A stretch of 64,000 nucleotides of DNA from NCBI GenBank assembly GCA_019058315.1, contig JAHPZH010000001.1:631536-695535 (forward strand). Direction: 5' to 3'. Source of the DNA: Candidatus Helarchaeota archaeon. Its GTDB lineage: Archaea; Asgardarchaeota; Lokiarchaeia; Helarchaeales; RDOG01. Under the pieces are notes generated by a model, which saw only the letters and a program-made list of their open reading frames with translations, ran no database searches and was not told where the DNA came from. Made by a program: the position numbers and the translations under genes. The stretch's first letter is position 1, and each line of letters begins with the position of its first letter. Positions 48,447-58,816 of the stretch are shown piece after piece.

Positions 48447-49556
48447 GTGAATAGAATCCAACTTAATTGGTCCATTACTGTAATAATAGGCATTATTTCA
48501 ATTATTCCGGTATGTATTGCATTTATCATAACTTTTTCGCATTATATTAAAAATAGATATCAACACAATCTATTTTTTATGTTATTATGGTTGTTTAATG
48601 TTTCCTGGTTTTTACTGAATACTTTAGCTTTCCTCTTCTTTTCGCTTTGGGATCCGTATTTATCACGAAATTTGTTGGGTGTTACAATATTTATATTTCT
48701 ACCTATAGGTCTGATGTTAATTCTAGTAATGGATTCGATTTCACGAGAATATCTTGATTATAAAAAATTGATGGTTTGGACAGCAATAGCTACTACAACA
48801 ATTATTTTTTTGTTTGATCCAAATCAATATTATATACTTAATTCAAATAATATTCTTTATTGGGAATTAACCGGAGCTCTTGAGATCTGTTTCTCATCTT
48901 TATTTTTATTTTATGCAACATTATATTTTTATTACGCTGTTAGAATTTACTTAAAAGCACCAAAAACACTAAAGAATTCAGCATATCTCAATTTAATCTC
49001 TGCTCTTATTCAAATAATAATACTACCTATCCTAATGCAATTGGTTATTGATGGTGTATTAGTACCAGGATTCGAGTTAATTGGGTTTTCAATTTTTTCA
49101 TTACTAGTTTCTATTTCATTTGGTTCTCAACCATTAGCTTTCGTACTCCCATTTAAGGTAATAAGACTAACAGTTATTGAAACAAAGGGTGGCATACGTT
49201 TATTTTCACATGATTGGGTAAAAATGGATAATATAGTAGATGAAGACCTTTTTTCCGGCATGTTACAAGCAATTAGCCGAATATTGGACGAGTCCCTTAA
49301 AAGAGGAGACATTCGTGAAATAGCTTTGGAGAATGCTGTATTAATTTTAAAAAGAAGTAAAATATTTCCAGTAGCTTGTTTATTAGTCACCTCCAAATCA
49401 ACTATAATATTAAAACAAGCTTTGAACTCATTCGCAGAGAGTTTCTTTAAAAAATATTCTCAATTCTTTGAAAATTTTAGTGAAACAAGCAATTTTAACT
49501 CTGCTATTAAATTAATACATGAACGATTTTCGTTTGTTCCTCAATATGAGAAATGA
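48447..49556 (+). CDS. 7TM membrane protein with a C-terminal longin-like domain
   Basis: About 7 TMs, then VIETKGGIRLFSHDW...LFSGMLQAISRILDES...GDIREI...LNSFAESFFKKY. Confidence 0.7.
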   Translation: MNRIQLNWSITVIIGIISIIPVCIAFIITFSHYIKNRYQHNLFFMLLWLFNVSWFLLNTLAFLFFSLWDPYLSRNLLGVTIFIFLPIGLMLILVMDSISREYLDYKKLMVWTAIATTTIIFLFDPNQYYILNSNNILYWELTGALEICFSSLFLFYATLYFYYAVRIYLKAPKTLKNSAYLNLISALIQIIILPILMQLVIDGVLVPGFELIGFSIFSLLVSISFGSQPLAFVLPFKVIRLTVIETKGGIRLFSHDWVKMDNIVDEDLFSGMLQAISRILDESLKRGDIREIALENAVLILKRSKIFPVACLLVTSKSTIILKQALNSFAESFFKKYSQFFENFSETSNFNSAIKLIHERFSFVPQYEK

Positions 49557-49654
49557 TTTTAATAATATTAAATTAAAAAAGTAGGTTTCTGCAATATAAA
49601 ATCCTATACTAATAAAAATTCACTTGGACTTATATATTAGTCTGTAAAAATGAA

Positions 49655-49673
49655 TAATGGTTTGAAACCATTA
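49655..49673. promoter_or_regulatory. Perfect inverted repeat upstream of trxB, candidate operator
   Basis: TAATGGTTT-G-AAACCATTA, about 40 nt before the start codon. Confidence 0.35.
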
Positions 49674-49714
49674 ATTTGTTCTATTAAAAATCATCTTACA
49701 AGGAGATTAGAGTA

Positions 49715-50617
49715 TTGGAAGAAGAAGTATATGATGTTATCATTATTGGAGCTGGACCTGCTGGATTAACTGCAGGAATTTATACTATAAGAGCTAATTT
49801 AAAAACTATAATTTTTAGTGGAAAAAGTCCTCCTAGAATAACTTTAGCACATAAAATAGAAAACTATCCTGGTTTTATAGAATCCATATCAGGAAATGAA
49901 TTATTAGATAGGATGGAAAAGCAAACCAAAGCCCTTGGTGCTATTATAAGGGATGAAGATGTTATAAGCACTTATTTAGACAGTGATGAAAAGATGGTTT
50001 CTACAAAAAATAAAGTATACAAATCAAAGGTTGTAATTATTGCAACTGGTATGGGACCTCGGAGGAAAACTCTTGTGGGTGAGGAAAATTTTGTTGGTCG
50101 TGGTTTATCATATTGTGCAACATGTGATGGGCCATTATATAGGGGAAAAAAAGTAATTCTAATGGGAAATGATGAAGAAACAGGAGAAGAGGCTTTGGAA
50201 CTTTTAGGCATGGGAGTGGATGTCTCTATTTATACCAATGGTAAAGAATTTGAAGTAGAAGAAAGTCTGATAAACCAAATAAAAGAAAGGGGAATTAAGA
50301 TTGATATGAATTCAAAAATTAAGGAAGTTTTCGGTACTCAATCAGTAAAAGGAATAATATTAGATAATGACGAAAAAGTTGAATCAGATGGAGTATTTAT
50401 TGTTTATACTATACCTTCTTCTATGTTATTACAAAATTCAGGATTAAAATTAACAGAAGATAATCGACTTGATGTAAATAATCAGATGGAAACAAATATT
50501 AATGGTGTATATGCAGCTGGAGATATTGTATGTGAAGTAAAACAAATATCAACGGCAGTAGGAACTGGTGCGATTGCAGCACAGAATGCAATTAAATATA
50601 TCAGAGGATTGAAATAA
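49715..50617 (+). CDS. trxB: Thioredoxin-disulfide reductase
   Basis: GAGPAGLTAG, IENYPG, IATG, SYCATCDG and YAAGD motifs. Confidence 0.9.
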   Translation: MEEEVYDVIIIGAGPAGLTAGIYTIRANLKTIIFSGKSPPRITLAHKIENYPGFIESISGNELLDRMEKQTKALGAIIRDEDVISTYLDSDEKMVSTKNKVYKSKVVIIATGMGPRRKTLVGEENFVGRGLSYCATCDGPLYRGKKVILMGNDEETGEEALELLGMGVDVSIYTNGKEFEVEESLINQIKERGIKIDMNSKIKEVFGTQSVKGIILDNDEKVESDGVFIVYTIPSSMLLQNSGLKLTEDNRLDVNNQMETNINGVYAAGDIVCEVKQISTAVGTGAIAAQNAIKYIRGLK

Positions 50618-50620
50618 AAT

Positions 50621-52504
50621 TCATTCTTTAATTAAATCATTTATTATTTGATTTACTAATTTTCCGTCTGCTTTTCCTTTTAAATTCTTCATTGCAATTC
50701 CCATGAATGCTTTTTTGCCCTTCTTTTCAATAAAATCTTTATTTTCTTTAATTAATTGTTTAATTATTTCTGTTACCTTTTCTTTGGGAAGCATCAGTAA
50801 ATCTTTCTGTTCCGCTATTTTCAAAGCTGAAACTTTAGTTGTTTTTATTAAGCCTGCAATTACTTCTGTAATTCCTTCTTTGGCAATTTTATTTTGCTGT
50901 AGCAACCCCAGAACTTCCTCAAAAAATCTAGGCTGGATCAAATCCGGATCTAAATTATATTTTTTCTTAATTTCACTAGGAACTGAAAGTAATGTATTTG
51001 CTATAATACTAGCTTTTATTTTATCATATTTTTTTAATAATTCTTCAAATTGAGAAAGAGAATGAGAATGTATTATCTGTGTTGCCATTTCTTTAGGTAG
51101 TTTATATTCTTTTATAAAACGATTTGCCTTTTTTTCAGGCATCTCGGGTAAATTTTCTTTTATCTTGCTTAATAATTCATTTGAGATGGTTACTGGTTGA
51201 ATATCCGTTTCAGGATACATTCTAGCTGAACCCGGAAGTGGTCGAGCGTAAATGGTCGTTCCATCATCTTGTGCAAACCTAGTTTCTTCTGGAATTCCGA
51301 TAAGACATTGTTTTGCTCTTTCTATAAGAATTTTCGCCACTTCTTTGGATTGATTCTCTTCTCCTGCAATTATAAGAACTATATCTTCATCTGTTGCTTT
51401 TATTTTCTTTTTTAAATTTTCAAATTCTGTTTCCAATTTGTATTTACTCAAATCTTCATCAGTATGAATAAAACCTTGGACACCATGAGCTTTACAATAA
51501 TCAACAAATTCTTTTGCAAGAGTCTTTTTTTCATAAATGATTTTTTTCATAAGTCCATGGAATTTGGGTAATTCAGTAGCAATTATTCTACCTTTTTTCT
51601 TCAATACGTTTTTTATTATTTTCGAGCTTGAATTTTTAAAAATGTCTGTTACATCGATTATTTTTTCTTTAATTTCCTTTAATCCCTTATCTAATAATAT
51701 TTTTTTTATTTCTAATAGGTTTTTTTGTCTTAATACCTCGTTTTCAACTAACTTTGCAACTAATCTTAAATCCTGCAATCCTTTTATTTCTATCCTGGCT
51801 CCATCCTTTATTGAAACATTTACATCTTGTCGTATAGTTCCTAAACCTCTTTGAACTTTTCCAGTCATTCGACAAATCATACCTAAAGCTTCTGCAACTT
51901 CTCTTGCTTGGTCTGGATGGTGAATATCTGGATAAGTCCCAATCTCAACCAAAGGTATACCAAGTCTATCTAATCTAAACATCATTCTATTACCGGTCTT
52001 TTCTATTATTCCCGAGGATTCCTCTTCCAATTCAAGATCTTTTATTCTGACTGGACCATGGTTTGTGTTAATTAGCGAAGTTTCTTTTCCAATACCAATA
52101 TTCATAGTTCTTTGAAATCCACTTGTATTACTACCGTCTATGACAGTTTTTCTCATAACATGTACTTCATCTGGAATATATAGTTTTAACATCTCTGCAA
52201 TTGTTAAAGCAATTTCAAGCGCCTCAGAATTTACAGGATGAGGTGGTTCTTCATCCAACTCTACTAAACAAGTTTCTTTAGCGAAATAATCGTATATAAA
52301 TGTCTTGTCCCGAAAATATTCATATAAAGCTGCTGGGTCTACATCTCCAAGCTCGCCCGGAACTGCTCTTAACTTTCTTATTATTTTCTGGATTGCTTCT
52401 TCTTCTGTAATTTGAGGTCTACAATTACAAAATAATTTATATTTTGTATCTAACCTTTGATGTATTTCTATACCGCAGATCAACCCTACTTGTTTATAAT
52501 CCAT
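50621..52504 (-). CDS. gatE: Glu-tRNA(Gln) amidotransferase subunit E
   Basis: GIEIHQRL, KLFC, CLVELDEEPPH, MRKTVIDGSNTSGFQRT, LDRLGIPLVEI and RPLPGSARMYPETD. Confidence 0.97.
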   Translation of the reverse strand: MDYKQVGLICGIEIHQRLDTKYKLFCNCRPQITEEEAIQKIIRKLRAVPGELGDVDPAALYEYFRDKTFIYDYFAKETCLVELDEEPPHPVNSEALEIALTIAEMLKLYIPDEVHVMRKTVIDGSNTSGFQRTMNIGIGKETSLINTNHGPVRIKDLELEEESSGIIEKTGNRMMFRLDRLGIPLVEIGTYPDIHHPDQAREVAEALGMICRMTGKVQRGLGTIRQDVNVSIKDGARIEIKGLQDLRLVAKLVENEVLRQKNLLEIKKILLDKGLKEIKEKIIDVTDIFKNSSSKIIKNVLKKKGRIIATELPKFHGLMKKIIYEKKTLAKEFVDYCKAHGVQGFIHTDEDLSKYKLETEFENLKKKIKATDEDIVLIIAGEENQSKEVAKILIERAKQCLIGIPEETRFAQDDGTTIYARPLPGSARMYPETDIQPVTISNELLSKIKENLPEMPEKKANRFIKEYKLPKEMATQIIHSHSLSQFEELLKKYDKIKASIIANTLLSVPSEIKKKYNLDPDLIQPRFFEEVLGLLQQNKIAKEGITEVIAGLIKTTKVSALKIAEQKDLLMLPKEKVTEIIKQLIKENKDFIEKKGKKAFMGIAMKNLKGKADGKLVNQIINDLIKE

Positions 52505-52515
52505 AAATAAACTTC

Positions 52516-53874
52516 CTAATACAAATATTCTTGAACTTCTGTTCTTTCGGAAATCTCTCCAACCAAATTTTTATTAATTAGTTCTTTAACTTTTAAAGGG
52601 TCATAATTACCAAGAAGCCATTTTAATTTAATCAAAGCAACTTCAGGTAACATATCTTCTCCTGGAATAACACCAATTCTTTGAAGATCTCTTCCCTTAT
52701 CATAAACATTCATATTGATTCTCCCATAAAGGCATTGAGAGGTCATTACTACAATACAATTCTTCTCTACTAACGCTTCTAAATATTCAAAGATTTTAGA
52801 ATGAATTTGAGTAAATTCATCCTTTATATAGCCAGGAGTATGCCCAAGTCCTGTTCCTTCGAGAACTAATCCCTTATAATCATTATCTAAAAAGAATTTT
52901 AAAATGTCTGGATCGAAATCCGTATAAAATTTAACAAGTCCTACTTTTCCTTCTAATTTATCCATAAGTCTAAGCTTTCTTTTTTTATCTTTTTTGAGAT
53001 AACTACTGTTAAGAAATTGAATTTTATCTTTCAAATAATCTATTTTAGCCCATGGTAACGTATTAATTGGGCGAAAAGCGTCTCTACGAGATGTATGCAT
53101 CTTTCGTGTCTTACAAGCTGGATTAATAAATACAATTTTATCTTCAGGAGAGCCATGCATACAAATTGCAACACCTGCAAAATCACTCTGAGTAATAAAT
53201 TTTGAGGCACTAATAAGATTGACACCTGCATCGCTACTACCTCTATCTGAGCTGCGTTGTGCACCTACTATTAATACAGGAATTGGAAGATCTTGTAGCA
53301 TAAAACTAAGAGCAGCAGCTGTAAAATGCAAAGTATCTGTTCCATGTCCAAGGATTACACCATCAACTCCTTTTTCAACCTCTTTTACAATCTCTCTTGC
53401 CATTAACTGGTAATGTTCTAAACGAATATCTTCAGACCACATATTTGCAATTAGTCGAGCTTCAAAATTAACAATGTGTTCTAATTCTGGAAATAGAGTC
53501 AAAAGCTCTTCGGGGGTAAAAGCTGAAACAACACCCCCTGTTCGATAATCTAATCTGCTCGCAATTGTGCCTCCAGTATGTAAAATAGTTATATTTTGAA
53601 GATTTTTTTTCTTTTCAATCTTTTTTACAGCAAAATGTTCAAGTTCCCATGCTTCCGGCAACTTTTCAATTTTCATATTGGGTTTGTACCGAATTCCTAC
53701 ATTATATCCGCTCTTTATTTTCAGAACAATACAATCGGGATCTCCTAATTCACTCCGAGGAATTAAAATTCCTTCAAAGATATCTTTCTCATGAGTAAGT
53801 TTGATTTTATCCCCTTGTTTTATATCCATATCTTGGAATTTTTTTTGTAATTCACTAGAATAATTCTTAAGCAT
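52516..53874 (-). CDS. gatD: Glu-tRNA(Gln) amidotransferase subunit D
   Basis: KSGYNVG, TGGTIASRLDY, HGTDT, GAQRSSDRGSSD, RKMHTSRRDAF and GTGLGH. Confidence 0.97.
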   Translation of the reverse strand: MLKNYSSELQKKFQDMDIKQGDKIKLTHEKDIFEGILIPRSELGDPDCIVLKIKSGYNVGIRYKPNMKIEKLPEAWELEHFAVKKIEKKKNLQNITILHTGGTIASRLDYRTGGVVSAFTPEELLTLFPELEHIVNFEARLIANMWSEDIRLEHYQLMAREIVKEVEKGVDGVILGHGTDTLHFTAAALSFMLQDLPIPVLIVGAQRSSDRGSSDAGVNLISASKFITQSDFAGVAICMHGSPEDKIVFINPACKTRKMHTSRRDAFRPINTLPWAKIDYLKDKIQFLNSSYLKKDKKRKLRLMDKLEGKVGLVKFYTDFDPDILKFFLDNDYKGLVLEGTGLGHTPGYIKDEFTQIHSKIFEYLEALVEKNCIVVMTSQCLYGRINMNVYDKGRDLQRIGVIPGEDMLPEVALIKLKWLLGNYDPLKVKELINKNLVGEISERTEVQEYLY

Positions 53875-53895
53875 TTTAATACCCTAAAACCTATT

Positions 53896-54174
53896 TCAAA
53901 TTTTATTTGGATTTGAAACCATGACTTTAATTATATCTTGTTCGGGAAGAAAAGTTAATGTTTCAATAAGTCTATCATTAGGGAGAATTTCCCCCTTAAA
54001 TGTCAATTCAATAGTATATGAAGGATTTATCCTATAAACTTTACGTACTAATCCTTTTACTTTTCCTATCCGCCAATTACTTTTCACATTAATAATTTTA
54101 ATTTGTTGATCTTTTGGAAAATCAAAACATTTAAATTTTACATCAAATTCGTCAAATGGTTTCATAACACTCAC
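53896..54174 (-). CDS. Ubiquitin-like (beta-grasp) protein without a C-terminal Gly
   Basis: IINVKSNWRIGKVKGLVRKVYRI...IELTFKGEILPNDRLI matches the ubiquitin pattern (TIxxVKxxI...LIFxGKxLxDxRTL). Confidence 0.65.
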   Translation of the reverse strand: MSVMKPFDEFDVKFKCFDFPKDQQIKIINVKSNWRIGKVKGLVRKVYRINPSYTIELTFKGEILPNDRLIETLTFLPEQDIIKVMVSNPNKI

Positions 54175-54319
54175 AATTCTTTTTATTAGATTTATTTAAT
54201 TAGAATAAAATTTTTTCTTGTATTTCCCAACATTAAATTTAAATAATTGATTTTTGAAAATTCTATTAAGGACCAGTTAAAAGACTCAATTCTTTTAAAC
54301 GATTGGGGGTCAGAAAAAA

Positions 54320-54748
54320 TTGGAAGGTAAATATATTGCTCTTATAATTGTAGGCACAATTGTTCCAGCTGCAATAATTTGTGGTGCGATTGGAATATAC
54401 TACATGAATATGAGAAACAAAGAAAATATGAGATTAAATATTTTATTTCTATCTGTTATGCCAGTAGAATTTACAATTGAAATATCATCAAATGCAAATT
54501 GGTCAGGGTATTACGTAAGTGAATATTCATATAATTTCATTTCGGGTAACGGAAATGATACTTATCAAACAAAGGGATCACAAATCTATAGTTATATATC
54601 TTTAGATTCTGCTGGATCTTTGACAGTAAGTCTAAAGGCACTTGGGATAACAATTGATTCACAGACTACTATAGTAACTTCCAGTTATGTATATGTTTCG
54701 GGATCATCTCCATTAAAGAATTTACTTCTTCTATTCTTCCTTATTTAA
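54320..54748 (+). CDS. Hypothetical membrane-anchored protein
   Basis: N-terminal TM, Ser/Thr/Tyr-rich beta-like domain and hydrophobic C-terminus. Confidence 0.55.
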   Translation: MEGKYIALIIVGTIVPAAIICGAIGIYYMNMRNKENMRLNILFLSVMPVEFTIEISSNANWSGYYVSEYSYNFISGNGNDTYQTKGSQIYSYISLDSAGSLTVSLKALGITIDSQTTIVTSSYVYVSGSSPLKNLLLLFFLI

Positions 54749-54931
54749 TTTTTTTTTTTGTAATTTTTTTTGTAATATATAAATTTCCTCAATACTTCAA
54801 ATAATTAATTGGGATATAGAACCTCTTCGTATTTGTAAATGAAAAGAAGTAATGATTAAAAATTTATACTAAAATTCAATAAAGTATGATAAATAAATAT
54901 TTTAGAAATTAAACATGAAATGGTTTAAACA

Positions 54932-55126
54932 TTGGAAGATGAAAATAAATTAGAGCTTGGTAAACCCTGCCCATCTTGTGGTGAACTTAACTTAAAAGAA
55001 TGTGATATATGCAAAAAAGTAATTTGTTTAAATTGCGGCCCTTTTTTCAAAAAATTTGATTCAGATAGTTATCTATGTGAACCTTGTCATATTGAACTAA
55101 GAAAAAAAACGATTAGAGTTATTTAA
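54932..55126 (+). CDS. Small zinc-finger protein (4 CxxC)
   Basis: CPSC, CDIC, CLNC and CEPC. Confidence 0.7.
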   Translation: MEDENKLELGKPCPSCGELNLKECDICKKVICLNCGPFFKKFDSDSYLCEPCHIELRKKTIRVI

Positions 55127-55207
55127 TTCAATACAAAAATTATTCTTCTTTAAATTTTAGGGTTAAAAATACTGAACCGCCTCAAATTATAATTTCGTGA
55201 AATTAAT

Positions 55208-57184
55208 TTGGAAAAGAAATATAATCATTTAAAATCAAAAATTAATACGGTATTTGAAAAAACAGAAGAAAACGAGGCAAGAATAAATGCTTTAAAATAT
55301 ATACAAGATAAACATTTTAATTCTAATGTTGATTCAAAGAAATTTCAAAGAGAATATAAAAAAATTAAAGAAAAAAATATAAAAAAATTAGAAGAACTTC
55401 TCCCAAGAGCAATAAAACAACTAGAACAAAATGGTTGTAAAGTATTCCTAGTTTCTGATAAGGAAGATGCTTTGAAAGTCTTGAAATCCTTATTAACAGG
55501 TAAAATTATTGTTAAGAGTAAATTAAATACTGGAAAAGAAATTGAACTAACTAAAAATTTAAAGAAATGGGGTTATGAAGTAGTCGAAACAGATTTAGGA
55601 GATAGAATCGTCCAATTAGCAAATTCTTCATCCACACATCCACTTATTCCGGGTTTGCACATCTCTAAAAGGAAAATTGCCAATTTATTTAATGCTGATG
55701 AGGATATTTCAACTAAGGAATTAGCAAATATAGCTGGTAAACAATTAAGAGAACTAATATTGCAAGCTGAAGTCGGAATTTCGGGAGCTAATGCAATAAC
55801 TGCTGAAGAAGGTTTTATATGTTTAATTGAAAACGAGGGAAATCAACGATTGATTACAAGCCTTCCTAAAAAACATATTGTAATAACGGGGATTGATAAA
55901 ATCGTTGAAAATGGAGAAGAAGCCATTAAGGTGGCTAAAGCAGCATCTTTTTTTGGTTTAGGCGTCATCAGTGGGAATTATATTTCATTTATTATGGGCC
56001 CATCTAGAACAGGTGATATTGCTTTTGAAATTATAGAAGGAATGCATGGACCAAGTGAAGTTGATGTTATTTTACTTGATAATAAAAGAAAATTTATTGC
56101 ATCATCCGAATTTAAAGAAATTAATTATTGTGTAAATTGTGGAGGTTGTGTTAACTATTGTCCTGTTTATGAAGCTATAGGGGGCTTATTTGGAAGCGGG
56201 GGTGGAGGTAAACGTCTTATCTTCAATGGTATTTCAAAGAATTTAGAATATGCTTTTGATTATGGCTTAAATTTTTGTACTGAGTGCGGTCACTGTGTGA
56301 TCCACTGTCCAGGAGAAATAGATATACCAGATCTAATAATGAAAATGAGAAAAACTGCCGTTAAACAGGGGTTAATAATTCCAAAGCATAAAGAAATCGC
56401 CAATAGCATTAAAACCAATAACAATCCATTTAATGAAAAAAAACCCAGGAATCATTGGCTTAAAGGTAATAATATTCAAATAGATAAAGAATCAAAAACT
56501 CTATTTTTTGTAGGCTGTATGAGTTCTTATCGGACTCATGATCAAGCAATAAGTGCTGCTAAGATTATGAATGAATTGAATATTAACTTTGATTATCTAG
56601 AGGAAGAAGAACTTTGCTGTTCTGGGTTTTTGAAACGTATCGGATTCATTGATGAATTTAATGAAAATAAACAAAGGTTAGAAGAGATATTAAAAAAATA
56701 TGACCAAATAATAACAATTTGTCCTGGTTGTTATAGCGCTTTTCGTGAATTTTATTCAGATTTTTTAGAAAAAAATAATATTAAATTAAAACATTTAATC
56801 GAACTAATTGATTCAAAGAAATTAAAAGTTAAAACACAAGAAATTATCACAACTTATCATGATCCTTGTCACATTAGCCGCAAATTTGGCTTAACTGAAC
56901 CTCCAAGAAAGATCCTCACAAAAATTTCATCATTTAAAGAAATGGCACTCTCAAAAGAAAATAGTAAATGTTGTGGTGCAGGTGCTGGTTGTTTATCTGC
57001 ATTCCCTGAACTATCCGAGAGGATCGCTACTTCACGAATTGAAGAAGCATCTAATTTAGATTGCGATTATTTAATAACTACCTGCCCTTTTTGTGAATAT
57101 AATTTAAAAAAAGGTCAAAAAGGTAACATAAAAAAGATAAAAGTAATTTCTCTTCAGAAATTATTGGATGAGCTTTCTAGTTAA
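55208..57184 (+). CDS. LUD-domain + 2x[4Fe-4S] + CCG-domain oxidoreductase (LutB/LldF fused to an LldE/HdrD-like part)
   Basis: ETDLGDRIVQL, ENEGN, GPSRTGDI, HGP, CVNCGGC..YCP, CTECGHC..HCP, LCCSG, YHDPCH, CCGAG and CPFC. Confidence 0.9.
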   Translation: MEKKYNHLKSKINTVFEKTEENEARINALKYIQDKHFNSNVDSKKFQREYKKIKEKNIKKLEELLPRAIKQLEQNGCKVFLVSDKEDALKVLKSLLTGKIIVKSKLNTGKEIELTKNLKKWGYEVVETDLGDRIVQLANSSSTHPLIPGLHISKRKIANLFNADEDISTKELANIAGKQLRELILQAEVGISGANAITAEEGFICLIENEGNQRLITSLPKKHIVITGIDKIVENGEEAIKVAKAASFFGLGVISGNYISFIMGPSRTGDIAFEIIEGMHGPSEVDVILLDNKRKFIASSEFKEINYCVNCGGCVNYCPVYEAIGGLFGSGGGGKRLIFNGISKNLEYAFDYGLNFCTECGHCVIHCPGEIDIPDLIMKMRKTAVKQGLIIPKHKEIANSIKTNNNPFNEKKPRNHWLKGNNIQIDKESKTLFFVGCMSSYRTHDQAISAAKIMNELNINFDYLEEEELCCSGFLKRIGFIDEFNENKQRLEEILKKYDQIITICPGCYSAFREFYSDFLEKNNIKLKHLIELIDSKKLKVKTQEIITTYHDPCHISRKFGLTEPPRKILTKISSFKEMALSKENSKCCGAGAGCLSAFPELSERIATSRIEEASNLDCDYLITTCPFCEYNLKKGQKGNIKKIKVISLQKLLDELSS

Positions 57185-57212
57185 ATGTGAATGATAAAGG
57201 CGAAATTATATA

Positions 57213-58043
57213 ATGGAGAAAAAAATTAGAATTGGTTGCTCTGGTTGGTCTTATACGGGTGACTTGGGCTGGGTAGGTAAATTTTATCCTAAAAAAATTC
57301 CCTCAAATAAAATGTTTTTATTCTATTCTCAAATCTTTGATACTGTAGAACTCAATACTACATTTTATAATTTACCTAAAATTGGAACTGTCGAAAATTG
57401 GGCTCTAAAATCACCTAAAGATTTTCTTTTTTCTGTTAAATTCCCTCAAGATATCACCCATAAAAAAATTGGAAAGGAACCTGTTGATGAAGAAGATTTA
57501 ATGCCTTTTTTTTCTGTAATTTCTCCTTTAGAGCAAAAAATGGGTCCAATTTTAGTTCAATTTCCTCCAAGTTTCGAATTTAATCCAGAGCTGTTAGAAG
57601 ATATTTTAGTTTTATTACCTTCAACTAAGAAGTATGCTGTTGAATTTCGAAATCTGTCATGGTTGACATCAAAGACATATAAAATATTAGAAGAATATCA
57701 TGTAGCTTATTGTATTGTCGATGAGCCTTTGCTACCCCCTGATATTCATATTACCACAGATTTTGCTTATATAAGGTGGCATGGTAGAAGAAAAAGCCAT
57801 TGGTATAATTACTTATATTCTGAAGAAGAATTACAAGAATGGATTCCAAAAATCGAGAAAATTGAAGGCGAAATAAAAAATATTTATGGTTATTTTAATA
57901 ATCATCCTCATGGGCAAGCTCCAACTAATTGTAGACAACTTTTAAAGATGCTTGGTAAAGATACAAAAGATCCTAACACAATTACTGTTAAATCCCTAAC
58001 ATTATCCAAAGATCAGAAAAAATTAGATTCTTTTTTTTCATAA
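57213..58043 (+). CDS. DUF72 family protein
   Basis: IGCSGWSY, VELNTTFY, QFPPSF, AVEFRN, YIRWHGR and YFNNH. Confidence 0.92.
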   Translation: MEKKIRIGCSGWSYTGDLGWVGKFYPKKIPSNKMFLFYSQIFDTVELNTTFYNLPKIGTVENWALKSPKDFLFSVKFPQDITHKKIGKEPVDEEDLMPFFSVISPLEQKMGPILVQFPPSFEFNPELLEDILVLLPSTKKYAVEFRNLSWLTSKTYKILEEYHVAYCIVDEPLLPPDIHITTDFAYIRWHGRRKSHWYNYLYSEEELQEWIPKIEKIEGEIKNIYGYFNNHPHGQAPTNCRQLLKMLGKDTKDPNTITVKSLTLSKDQKKLDSFFS

Positions 58044-58055
58044 AATCTATCATTT

Positions 58056-58616
58056 TTGTCGAATAATCGACGATTTTTAACAATCTTTAAAAATCTTAAG
58101 AAAAATATCTCATCTATTAGAACAATTAATAAAGGAGGATTTAATTCCTTGAAATGGCGTTATCATGCACTCGTAAATTTTTTAATATTAGCACCTATCA
58201 CATATCTGACTTGGGGATCTCTTAATACAACTTACATTGATTGGTATATCATAGCAGCAGGAATAGCGGCTTTCTCTGGTCACTGTCCAGACTTTGATCT
58301 TATTCTAATGAAAATTGGACCATGGGTTCATAGAGATGTTTTATGGCATTCATTTATTATTCCAGTTATATCACCAGTATTGTTAATTTTTTTTCCCGAA
58401 GAATTCCTTCTATATTGTCTAGGTCTTTTTAGCATTGGCTATGGAGCTCATTTACTTTTTGACTTCTTTCCTAAAATGGAGCTCAGAGGTTTTGGACTAA
58501 TCCATGTCTGGTCTGATGCAAAACCAGAAAGCTGGTCTCTACGTTGGTTGGGATTAGGGTTCTTTATCTCCGTGGTCTCAGGGGCAGGATTAATTTTAAT
58601 AATTGTTTTATTCTAA
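58056..58616 (+). CDS. Membrane-bound metal-dependent hydrolase-like protein
   Basis: PDFD, HRDVLWHS and HLLFD motifs within TM segments. Confidence 0.7.
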   Translation: MSNNRRFLTIFKNLKKNISSIRTINKGGFNSLKWRYHALVNFLILAPITYLTWGSLNTTYIDWYIIAAGIAAFSGHCPDFDLILMKIGPWVHRDVLWHSFIIPVISPVLLIFFPEEFLLYCLGLFSIGYGAHLLFDFFPKMELRGFGLIHVWSDAKPESWSLRWLGLGFFISVVSGAGLILIIVLF

Positions 58617-58816
58617 TTTTCTCCTTTTTTTCTTAAATTATTCAAAATAAGTTCAAAATATTTTTACATTTACAAAAGATACGAAAAAAGTTAAGAAAAA
58701 TTTAATATTACTATATTAATTGATGCAATAATAATTTTATTTCTACAATTTATTTATAAATTCATATATTTAGAGCTAAAAGAAAGAGAAAAATGAATAA
58801 ATTATTGGAATTATAA

